From NCBI GenBank assembly GCA_036172245.1, contig JAYWIR010000018.1, positions 2,480,001 through 2,544,000 on the forward strand: a stretch of DNA of 64,000 nt. The letters are read 5' to 3'. Positions 39,201 to 51,200 of the stretch are shown piece by piece; position 1 is the first letter of the stretch; every line of letters starts with the position of its first letter. The translations under genes were made by a program, and so were the position numbers. The notes under the pieces are model-generated. The model made no database searches, was not told the DNA's origin, and saw only the letters and a program-made list of their open reading frames with translations. Source of the stretch: Raillietiella orientalis (taxonomy: Eukaryota).

Positions 39201-42200
39201 GCGCTCGGGCTTCCAACTCGTTTCGGAAGGAGGGGGCATTAGTTCCCGAGACAGGTTCGCGCATCCCTGAGCGTCCGCGAGGTTGTCGGAACGCACCCGG
39301 TAGCCGGGGTTCCCGCGCGCCAGACTCGGAGATCCGCTGGGCGGAATGCGACTGCGAATCCGGCACCGCTCCGCGGTCCGCTGCCGTGGCAACCAGCTAC
39401 GACGCCGACGATCGATTCGAAGGGGTCCGGTCCCAAACCCAGAATGTCCGTAAAACCCTAAGCACATAGGCTCACTCACTCTCTACATAGATTAATATGC
39501 AAATTTATTTTAATAAACATAGTTATTCCTATTTATCAACCTACATGGTATTAACAGTATTGACAGTAATATTATTTAAACGCGTGTATTTATTAACATG
39601 GGAAGAGTCCCCTTTTATTTGTACTCCTGTAGCTGTCAAGGGAAGTAATCTAAATAAATATGTATATACATGCATGCACACATATACATATATGCATATA
39701 AATGTATGCATGTACAAAAAAATATATGTTTGTGTGTGTACTAACCATATATATAAATTATGTATTCATGTATGCATATACATATATATCGATGCATGTA
39801 TATGGATACATATGTGTAAATACATATATGTACATATTTCTACACCCATGTATGTATTTACATATATATAGTATCTATGTATATTGATTTATATAATAAG
39901 AATGTATATTCGTTTATCATGATCTCCATTATATATATTAATCCATATATTAATCTTTATGTAAGCATATATAATCAGCATATATATATTCTTTTCATTT
40001 ATCATAATATTTTATACATATATATCAATAATGTAATCAACAACTTATTAGTTATAGGAATAAAACATATGCTAATAAATGTAAATAACGATGTATATTA
40101 AAGTAATTTTATATATTAACCTACGTAGAATGAGCACGTTATTTATGGTCTTTCGGGACTCCGATTCGAAGACGGCACACCCTCCCTCAGACAGAGAATG
40201 GCCACCTTTCTTTCCACCATTTTCTCTGAGACAGCGTGGTGGCAGCTTTAGGGTCTCTGCTTGCCACTTCCCGAGGGCTCGCGCGGTAGGAAAAAAAAAT
40301 AAAAAAGTGAAAAACCCAGGGACGGTCTCGTCTTTCCTCATTTGGCAGACGCATCAGCCAACGAGTGCTGCTTTTCATTTTTTCATCCGAGAAGTCCCGA
40401 AGTCGGAGGTCGCTTTCTGTGAGCTCACACAGCACTGGAAGCACCGCTGGTCTTCGGGAATCTCGCCTCGGACGCTGCTTCAGAGCGAAGGAATGCAGGC
40501 AGTTCCTCCGCCTCTAAGAGGGGTGCTCTCCTGGTTCAAAGAGTGGATGTTTTCCAGTCTACGCAGGAGTCAGGGTGATTTCGTCTCTTCGGAGCTTGGC
40601 GCGAGCCGTCTGAGCGGCTCGTTCCCACCCGCCGACCCCTTGACTGAGCTCTCCGAGGAAAACTCTTGAGGAATACCAAAGACGTGCCTTCAGAGTGGAC
40701 TCCAGAGGGCTCGCATGCTTCAGCTCGGCCCTCTGAAGGTCTTCCTCGCGGTACGCAACTCCGCGTTAATTCGTGGGGGCTCCCGGGCGCGAAGTCTAGC
40801 GAATGCGGGACAAGGATCCACGCCCGAGAAACGATGCAGGCGCGATCGGTGTGCAGCTCGAGAGCGCCATGCCAGTTTCCGGGGATTCAGAGCGGAATCT
40901 CGGCCTCCATTCCTCAGTTTCATCCGACCACAACACGCGCCGCGAGCCGGTCTTGCAGCGCAGCGATCGTGCATCTTGGGTGGATTCTCCTGCACCCGTG
41001 CTCTCCCAAAGTGTTCTCTGCACTTTGGGGACGTATTCGGGCCCTAGTTACTGCAGCAACAATGGTCCGTTTGCAGGAGCGCATTGTTGCTTAAGGAGCA
41101 ACAATGCGCTCCTGACTCTCAACAATGATTCGTTGTCTGCCGCGCAACAATGATTCCTTCGCTTGCAGTCCTTTAAGGCCTAGAAAGGGTTCCTTATGGT
41201 GTGTCAGATGGCGTGGGTGATGTTCGAGATTGTCTTCCCAAAGTTAAAACTGTTCGATGACCTTTTAAGACAAACATCTTACAGACATATTACCAGAGTT
41301 TCTGCTGGCATCGGAGTTACGAGTTCCTTCACTCTGCCCCTGCTCCTACCCCTGTTAAAAAAAAAAAAAAAAAGAACAGCAACTCCGTGATTAGCAGGCG
41401 GAAACGCAATGGCGGTCTTCAGTGACAAATTTTCTCTAATTGCTACCACATTAGCAATCGAAAAGGGGAGGAAGAAAATTCTGGTCATCGATGCTTTCCC
41501 AATCTACAATGTCTGACAAATTGAGCCAAGTTCTTATCCATTTTTGGCCCCTTTTCCAAAAGACATAGAAAAATTATCTATTTAGAAAATTGCCTCTTCT
41601 ACGAATCGCCTTCTTATCGGTCATTACTTATCCTTCTCATACGTTTATTGTCACTCGATGAAAGTTGAATTAATGAAGATGAGGGAGGGAAGATTCATAA
41701 TTGCTCAATAAAAAGGGAAATTCATGCCTTATAGGCTGTGGAAGGCTATAGAAATTACTTCGTCTATTATACAGGGATTCCGAATTCTGCAAAAAAAAAA
41801 AAAAAGACTTCTCTGTGCTTTTCAGTACTGTTCAGTGAAGATTGAAATTCATTGTAAGGAAAATGTCGGCGCACATGCACCCATGTTCCTGATGTGTTGC
41901 TGCTGAGGCAGTTCCTTTCACCGCAACTTAGTTTCAGGGGAATGGGGGGGATTTCCATCGTCTCAGACTAGCGCAGGATGTGCATCGAGCACGGAGGTAT
42001 TTACAAGGAATCGAAGCGCTTTCTTTCTTTCTTTCTTTTTTTGTCGGCAAAGGCTGCATCAGAAGTTTGTTTCCTGGATTTTTCGGCTTATTTCCAAAGA
42101 GAGTGCTGCCCTTAATGACAATCGGTCCGACTCATTGCAACCGAGTGATGAGCTGGCAGTAACAGAGGTTTCGAAGCTCAGAACAGGAAAACTTATTCGA

Positions 42201-45200
42201 ACAATTTAGGGTAAGGGAAAGGTCAAAAACTCAAAAAGAGCGATTAGGAGAAAGAAGCAAAGAAAAAAAAATGGTTCTTGGATTTGTAGCTACGGAAAAT
42301 ACGTAACGAGAGGGCAGCCAAGTGATTTTCATAGATCCCTCCTGAAAGTAAGCTGGGAGTCTACGCCTCTCTTCCAGAATCTCTCTGCATTCATCCTTTA
42401 GGAGCATCTTCTATTAGAAACATGCAGACGACAGCGGACATTTTTAGAAGTCGCTGTATCCCTTCGTATGATCAAAGGACCGTGATGGGAGATAATCGGT
42501 GATAGTGCAGAAGAAACTCTAATGTGCCCTCAGTTGCAGACATGCCATCATCCTGTAAGAACACTGTGGGTCGTGTTGCACGAGAACAGATAGCGGATGT
42601 TTTTAGAGGACCTGAAATGATCCAAACGTTCGCCTCAAATGGTTCCAGCGCAAAGAGTCCACCGGAAACCTTAGCACTGGACCCCCGTCTAACCAAAAAA
42701 ACCTTTCTGTCCTTTCAAGAGGGAAGGATTCACAAGTAGCGCGCAGAAGGAAAGCACCAGAGTTCGATCCTTGTAAAGAGTGTGGTGAAGTTGCCAAGAG
42801 CTGTGAGGAGACCGGTCGTTTGCGTTCTGCTTATCCTCCTTTTCTATTTTTCTATTTTCTACTTTTCTACGACACTTATCCTCCGGTACCGGCACAGTGG
42901 CACGGGAGCCCGATTTTCCTTGCGCGTCGAACACCCTTCGCGACCGCGAATTTTACACCCACGCGTGAACACCGTGCTCATCAGCTCTCAGTCCAGAGAG
43001 GAGAACGCACGAGGCCTCGAATTCCCCGTTCGGTGCTCTTCTGCTGCCGGATTCTTACTCTGCGGGAGCAGGTTCAAAGTGCCCTCACCGTTCGCAATGG
43101 CCCCACCATACCCTTACCGTTCGTGGTGCCTCCCTAATTGGACCCTTTTCGACGGCGAGGACGCAACCGCCATCGGTGACCGGACGCGCAGGAGAAGTTG
43201 CCCTCCGATGCTGAGGTACGGGGTCTTCCGTCGCGCACGACCCCGCGTGGCGCTGTCACTGCCAGACTTTCCCGTTCCTCCTCTTCCGGCCGTGGCGCAA
43301 GGGAGGGAGCAAGAGCGAGGGGCGAAGAATCTCGCTATTTCTCCAGATTCTCGGGATCGTCTGGACCGCGCCCAGAGCTGAGCTTGTAGAGTCCCCATCC
43401 GCATTAGAGCTCCAGCATCTCTCCGAAGCGCTAGACTCCTGGGAAACCCGGAAGAGACCCCTTGCTGGAGGTCGCTGCGAGGTGTCGTCCACATCGCAGC
43501 GAGGATACGTTTCCCACCCCCTCCTTTGCGGGCGCGGCGCTCCCCCGGACAAGCACCTGGATTTTGGTGGCCGAGAAGAAGGCGATTCTCGCCAGGAGGT
43601 CGTGGACGAGTTCTTCCTGGCCGAGCCTGCGCGCGGAGCTGCTGCTCTCCAATGGCCTGACGTCGAAAGCCACCTCGAAGCGGGCTTCCTGCAAGAGACC
43701 ATTGACACACCCCAACCCTCGAGGGGCAGCGTCAGGGGGCGCGCTTGCAACTCACGGGCGTTGCCTCCAGGATCCTTCTGGCATCCCCTTCGAACTGGGA
43801 GGAAGAGGAAGGGGATTAGCGGGTGGCGCCGCGCGCGACCGAGGTCTCACCTTGCCCTCGTCCAGGTGGCACTGAGCGCTGATGTTGCTGAGATCGCTCT
43901 CGTAGTCGTGGTGGACTCCCTGAGGACAACAGTTGGAGGTCTTAGACCCTTGAGGCGGGTGGGAGGAGCTGGATGAGAGAGGAGGGAGGCGCCGGCGAGC
44001 GAGCAGTCGGAGAAGGGAGGGGGGAAAACGGAAGGGTCGATCCGTGCGTGCTGGACTGGCACCTGTGGCAGCCGCGCCCAACCCCATAGGGTTGAGAGAG
44101 AGCTCGTTACCCGGAGCAGCAGCCTTTGACTTCCCTTCAGAGGAGGAAGAAGCGGCGAATTCGTGGTCTTCTCGGACTCCGGAAGGTTGGCCAGCAGCGG
44201 ATCTTCCTGCGCTGCTGCCTTGAGCACTTTCGGTCTCTCGGAGGCACCCAAAGCCGCTGGTCATCTCCGTTCTCTTCCCTGTGCCCCCCCCCCCCCCCCT
44301 GATGCTTCATCCCGTGTTCAGGATCGGGCACGACCCTCCTTCCCTCTGCACCCTTCCGCAACCTACCCTGGGCCTTCATTTTCAGGTATCGATCCTCCCA
44401 GGCGTAAAGGAAGAGGAGGAAGAGGGTGGTAGACATGATGACGACGATGCTGAGTGCACCAATGGCAAAATGCTGCTGATGACGATGGAGAAAAGGATGG
44501 CTGGGGGATGATGGCGCTGGCAGTCGTGACGGTGGTGCTCCTTGTGATAATGGTAACGCGGGTGCTAATGGTGGAAATTCTGCCGTGGTTGCTCTCATAG
44601 ACACCCCCACCATGGTACAAGGAAGTGTAGGGGGCAGAGGAACTGATGGAGACGCGGGCGGAAAATCCAGTGACGTCAAGATCGCCTTCCTCCTCGAGAA
44701 TCGGGTTCAGTGGAGGAGGTCTGAGTCTCTGAGCCTCCATGACTTCTTCAGTGACCTCGTTGACCCTTCCCTCCTGCTCGCATGGTCAAGGACTGCCCTT
44801 GTTGCTGCCGTCTATGTCCGGGTGATTATGACTGCGCTGTTGTTATTGTTGTCGCTGTTGATGATGATGAGGATAACCATGGGAAAGAGGATTGGTTGAT
44901 GCCTACGGTGGTGGTGACCACGGTGGGAGAGAGGATTTGGTTGTGGGACTGGTGGAGGGGCGTGGAGGGCGAAAAGAACAGGAGGAGGAGGAAAAGACGA
45001 GGAGGGAAGAGAAGAGGACAATGGCGGTTGTGGAGGCGTGACAGTGAGCGGCAGCGGCGGAGGAGATAGCCCCCCGGGATAGAAACAGGCAGCGGCCTCC
45101 CCGTCTTCGCTCCCCCAGGCAACGGGGAAGCAGGCGACTCACCTGGTTCTTGTCCTGCGGCCCCAGGAGGTACAGGAAGAAACTCTCGCACCGTAGCAGC

Positions 45201-48200
45201 TCGTATGAGCTCTCTAGGATGCGGCTCATCAGGCGCTCCAGGCTGTCCTGCTCCTCGAAGATGCTCTTCGCCAGGCTCAGCAGCAGCTGGAAGCAAACAG
45301 TGGAAGTGCGCGCCGAGTGGTGGAAGGATGAAGCAGCCCACGCTGAAGGGAAGGGGAGGAGGGGGAAGGGATAGGGGATGTGCCAATGCGGACTTCCCCT
45401 CTGGTTTCAGCCGGAGAGGACCGGACGGTGGCACCCTCCTCCCATCCGGTCGGGAACCGGCGGGAGCTCTGACGTCGTTCCCTTTCTTCTGGGAGGGCGA
45501 GGACACGCCAGCATGCAGAGTCCGTCCTGCACACCACTTCTCGTGTGTCATTGCCTTTGTCCTCTCTCCGGACCATTCTTGTAACCCCTCTACCTGCGCG
45601 GACCTGGCAGGCCGGGGATTCCTCGCGATGCCAATGGAGGAGAGGCAAAGACCTAAGGAAGGCCATGTGCGCGGGGCTGTCTTCATCGGCTCAGCAAGGC
45701 GTTTGGCAGAATTGCATATTACCAGAGAGTTCTGAAGCGCTTTTTATAAAAAAAAAAAAAATTGGCAATCTTGGAAACCTCAGAAAAGTCCCTTCTGAGC
45801 CTACAGACTTACAGAGATCGATCCCCACCACCCGGTGAAAGGGAAGGACGAAGAGGCAGTCACTCGGGTGGCCACCTTTCCAGCAAGTGACCCCGTTGTC
45901 ACGCTGTTGCCCGCTGGTGGCCTCAGGGCTACGGAGGCTGGCTCAAGGCAGGCGGCGTGACCACCGTCGGCCCCTGGAGGAAGGCAAGCGACAGATGCCT
46001 GCTCGCCGGAGGGAACCCCTCCGGGCGTCCTCCGTGGCTGCTCGTCGTAGTGGTAGAGGGAACCTTTCGACCCCTTCCTTCTCCTAACTGGGCAGGGAGA
46101 AAGCGCCCCGGTCCACAGGGCAGTTTCCCGCCGACCCCTTCGTTTCTACGCAGCCTAGCGCCTCCTGACCGCGCGCAAGCAGCGACGGCGAGAAGGGCGG
46201 ACGGGGCCCTCGGGCTTCTATCCCGAGTAAAACGACCCTCGGCGTCCGAGGGGGACCTCGTCTCCTCACCGGTGGGTCTTGCGCAGTGCCATTGGGTTAC
46301 CCGCTCGCGGCTGGGAGGTGTCACGAGGACCGACGCCTCGAGAGGGGGGTGCGCGCTCGTGCGCTGGGAAGGACGCGGGAGGCGAACAGAGGAAGGGTGC
46401 CGCCCACTTTCACTGCTGCGGGCGACCCTTCGTCCTCCGAGGGAGCAAAGGACCTCCATCTGTGCACCGGCGAGCAGTGACGTTGGGGGGAAGGGGAGAC
46501 GCTAGGGAAGTGCCGACCTGGTTGGTCCTGTACTCCTTGGAGGAGACCTCAAACAGCTGGGCATTCTGGATGCCGATGGCGCAAAAGGTCAGGTACTTCT
46601 GGAATACCTAAAACGGAGACAGATCGCAGGACCCTGCATCTCCCTCTTCTCCATCGCTACCGCTGCTGCCACCACCGCCATTGTCGCCGCGCTCGCGTTT
46701 GTAATCGCCCACGTCACCCTCGTCGTCATCCCGGTCGCATCCTCATTGTAATCGCCATGATCATCGACGTCGTCACCGTCATCTCTGTCGCTCATCTCTT
46801 CGCCATCTTAACCATCACGTCATCGTCATCGTTATTGCCATCACCGTCGCCGACATCGTCACCGCCTCTGTCATCCTCCTCATCCTGTGCCATTGTCATC
46901 GTCGCCATTGCCGTCGCCACCGTCATTGTCATCATTCTCGGCGTTTTTGTGATCCCTGTCGTCTTAACCATTGACGTCGTCAACAGCGCCGTCACCATAG
47001 CAGCGTCACCGTTGCCGTACCGTGATGGTCGCTTTTTCATCACTGTTATCGCCGTGATCATCGCCCTCACCGCCGTCATCACGATCGCTAGCGCTGCCGT
47101 CCCACTCGCTGGGTTGAAGCGCCCCTCCCCCCTCCCCCTGTCATCACGGGCAAATAAAGAAATGGAGAAACCGAGGAAGGTCCTCCTAGAAGGGAACAGG
47201 TGGTCCTCGAGGCGAACCTTCCCGCTCGTCGGGCGGCGAAAGGAGAGGAATCCGAGGTGCTCCCTGGCGACTCGTCCGTGGAACCAGAGGACCGATGCCT
47301 CCTCCGCGTGAAACGGATAAAAGCGGCTAGAAAACGGTAGCGTAAGGACCTGAGGAAACATTTTGTGAAGTCAAACTTCTGGCCATCCGATCCTCCAGTT
47401 CTTCCGGAAAGGGCCTTTTCGTCACTGGAGTCTGCGGCGGAGTCTCCCCGGAAGCGCGTCGCCACCGCGCCGGAAAGAGACCCCAGGCCCTGTGACAGCC
47501 CCGCGGTGCGCCTCGCAGGACCCGCTTGCCCGACGGCAGCTCTGCAGGACCGACCGCAGTGCCCTCCGAAACGTCCGGATGCTCCCGAAGAGTGAGGCGG
47601 TCCTGTCTGCGCCCTGGGCCGGATTCGCGAGGGAGAAGGAGACTTCAGGTTTTCAGATCACCGAGATCGCTGGGTTGAGGTCCGACCAGCACCCTCCGCT
47701 GCGTCTTCAGAGATCGGCATCCTCTCCTTCTCCCCCTCTCGAAGGGGGAAAAAGAGAGGTGGAACCCTACTTCTTACCCCTACCGCCAGGGTGGAAGCTA
47801 CGCGCCATTCTTTGGTGCCGACGGACTGCTGGTTTCTGGCGACGCCTCCCGAGCGGCAGCGTGCATCCTGCGGCCCTATGAAACGGCTACCCGTCACTTC
47901 CCTAAAGGGCATTCCGAGCCGAGAAATGCTGAGAAACGCAGGAGAAACGGAGCGCAAGCTGGAAACGCGCGGAGGGATGCTCGGGAGGCTCGCGGGAAGA
48001 GACCTAACGGATAGGCTTTCTCGCGGGAGGCTGCTAAGAAGTTCTTTCGGGCGGATTCGATCTCGACGCAGCCTACCTCGGCTCAACATGCCATTTCCTC
48101 AGCTTGCACAGAGTCCCGAGCTCGTGTTCGGAGTCCATTGTGGCTGCTAGCGGCTGCACGGCGGGGGATCCCGGAGGTCGTAGAGAAAGCCGGGTGGGAC

Positions 48201-51200
48201 GCCCGCTGCGGCCATGCGGCCCGGCCGCGGAACTTGAGGAGGCGGGTTCGACCACGGCCGGATCGGCCGCTCGGCCTCCAGAAGATCTGTCTCCTCGCTT
48301 CCATGCAGGGACCGTCGTGGATGGGTGGTCCCCCTCTCTCGTATCTTTCCAGCGGCGAAGCGCGGAAACGAGAGGAAGCACCAGAAGAACGCCCGTCTTC
48401 CTGCGTTTGGTGCTTTTTCAAAGTGGCTGAGAACATTCGAGAAGATGCTCGGATTGGAAAGCCGTCTCGAGATCCCAATAATCCCAATTGCTTTCTCAAA
48501 AAAACAAAAGAGGAGTGGGTAAGTGGAGGGAAGGCCTGTTCGGTTGGAGGAAGCAGCTCTCTTCAAAACGGGGTAGTCCGTTCGTAGGCACCCCCATCTG
48601 CTACGCGCCTAAGGACGATCAAACGTTCAGCAAAGCTCCGCGCGATCTCAGCCTGTCGTGGCGTCATGACCAAGAGGGAGCTGAACAAAGCTAACGGTGC
48701 TGAGCCCCCTGCCTTTCCCGTGGAGAATCTTCCCCCTCGCGCTGACCTCGTTCAAGAGGAACAGGAACGCCGGGTTCCCCTGGCGAGAGCGATCCGGGAG
48801 CAGGAAGCGGCTGGAACAAGCAGGAGGCCCAGGCGAAGTCCGCGGACTGTTACGTTCACACGAAGTACCGAGGAGCAGCGCCGGACCAAGGCAGCCCTCG
48901 AAGGGCCAAAGCTCTTGCGGGCTCGGTTCGCCTTCCCAGCGAGTCAAAAAGCACCAGGACTCCAAATGCTCCTGAGCCGAGTCGCTTCATCCTTCCAAAC
49001 ATCTTCAGATGGATGTCAGACGCCTTGTGCTAGCCGCCGCACCTCCGTCCTCGAGAACAACCTGCGGAAAACGGGCTGAAAGCGACCAGCTGCGGAGAAG
49101 AGGTTGCCAGCCAACGGAATGGACCAGCCCCGTAGAATGATGGCAAGGACAGATTCGGGAGATGGGATAGTTCTTCAGAGCAAACGGATGTTAGGATTAC
49201 CTGAAAATTCAGTGCAGTTGCGTCAACGAATTTCCGGAGCAGTGGGTCAAGACCTATCCGCTAGAAACGCCACGTGACCAGGAAAAATTCGAACCGAATC
49301 GAAGGTGTGCACACGCGCGAACCTCTGTACACGTACGCTCCCGAGTACTCTAAAACTTTTACAGGTGGATGCAGACGCGCGCTTAGACGGCATTGCACTC
49401 GTGTTTGCCATGGCTGCCAGTGTCGTCGATCTCGTTCTTCACGGATGATGAATTCGCGAGCGAATGGTGACGAACTTCCCGGAAGCGTCTTGGCGGACTG
49501 ACAGCCAGCAGCCGACGTAGCCGTCGGTGCCTCCCCTCCGAAGGACCCCCACGTGTGGCTGACGCGGAAAACGTTACACTCTGATAATTCGTTCCCATTG
49601 GGAACGTTTGCCTGGCAACACTTCGAAATTACGTGCAGGAAGCGGTTGGAGCGGGGAAAACGCTCGCGCTTCCACTGCGGAGAAGCTTCTAGAAGGGAAG
49701 CTCTAAAAATATTTACGACAAACTGATTGGCTAATGAGAGTGACGCAAGTGATCGAAAGCGGCCTGCTGAAACGCGCCCCGTACGGGTCCAGACCGTGGG
49801 TTACTCGCAAAGTCTATCCTTTGGCGTGTTGGCCTCCGTGGGCCACACGCGGGCCATTACGACAAAAAGGTTGCCTGCCTCTCCTCTTTTTGGGGGGTGG
49901 AGGGTGCATTTTCGTACATCGTACAGGACATGACGTCAAACGAAAAATACCGAGTCCTCCTTCCATGCTGGTCGGAGCAGCAATCCAATATTTGCGTTCG
50001 AGACGTCCTTCGTTTTTGTCACGAGAGTCGTGAGCCCGCGAGTCTCGTCTCATGATCAAGGGAAACCGTTTTGTAGGTCACGGGCACCCCATTTCGTCTG
50101 GTTGCCTTGACTTCACGCTCCGCGGAAGCCGGCACACCAAGAAAGCACTTCGCTTACCATTTCGTCCTGCATGGTGAACTTCTGGTATCCGTTGTTTTTG
50201 TTCATGATCTGAGCCACGGCAATGACCTCGCCTTCGTGGTTGCATAGCGGCATGCACAGGACGCTGAGCGTTTTGTAACCTGTCTTCTGGTCAATCGCCT
50301 TGTTGAACCGGGGGTCCTACGGGATGAAATTCGAGCGCATTAGTGATCAATGTATCTGCTTAAAGTCCGGATATGTTTTTGTTTGAAGGGGGAGGGGAGG
50401 AAGGGGAACTAGGATTCATTCCTGGCGTTCCAGGTGAATCCTCAGTATTCTGAGTCGTCCAGCGGACGGACGAGTGGTCCAGTGGTGAGTCCAGCGGACC
50501 ATGAGCGCAACGTTGGACTCTGTCTCCTTGAGAAATCCGTGGCGTGGAAAAAGTCGGAGCGCACAGACGAATTCCCTTTTTTATAGTTCTCCACGTGCTG
50601 AAGAACCGTTCGCGGGTCTCACGAAGCTCTTTGACGCTCTTTGACCCGAGGGCCGTGCGACTCTTCAATTTACAGGGGACAGCCCCGCAGGGACACCCCA
50701 CGAATCCAGGAAGCATACGCCCTTCTTGCGCTTGGTGGGAGAACTCCGAAGGGATGCTCCTCCAAGGGAGCAGCGCGCTTCTTACACACTAAGAGCTCCA
50801 TAGTACCGGCTCCATGATGCGATGCTACTCCACGGTACGTCCCCATTCTCACAACCGGGTTGGAAACCCCGCAGGGCTTCTTAATTCTTGGAAGGACCCG
50901 GACAGGTCAGCTTCCGATCCTGGCCAGTCAGCAGAGGCATTCGGTTTCATCCAGTGAAGCCAGTGGGCCAGTCATCTTCAGGTGGGAGTCCGAAACCCGC
51001 GACGCACCCATTTCTCTGGCATCGATCCTTCCCCGGGCGGGATTCCAACCCGCAGCTATCGGTACTATGCCCAGCGGTCACTGCAGCCATGCGGCCTCCG
51101 ACGCGGGCAAAAAGTAAATAAAAATGAATTCCTACGCCTCGTCCCTGCGATCGCCGGGAATTCGCTCCACCGCCGCTAAGGACCTCGCAAAACATTCTTT

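Noticed and set aside
39497..40101. Tyr/Ile-rich ORFs (also 15142-15483 and the hydrophobic ORF 46757-47311)
   Set aside because: They are translations of low-complexity DNA, not plausible membrane proteins.
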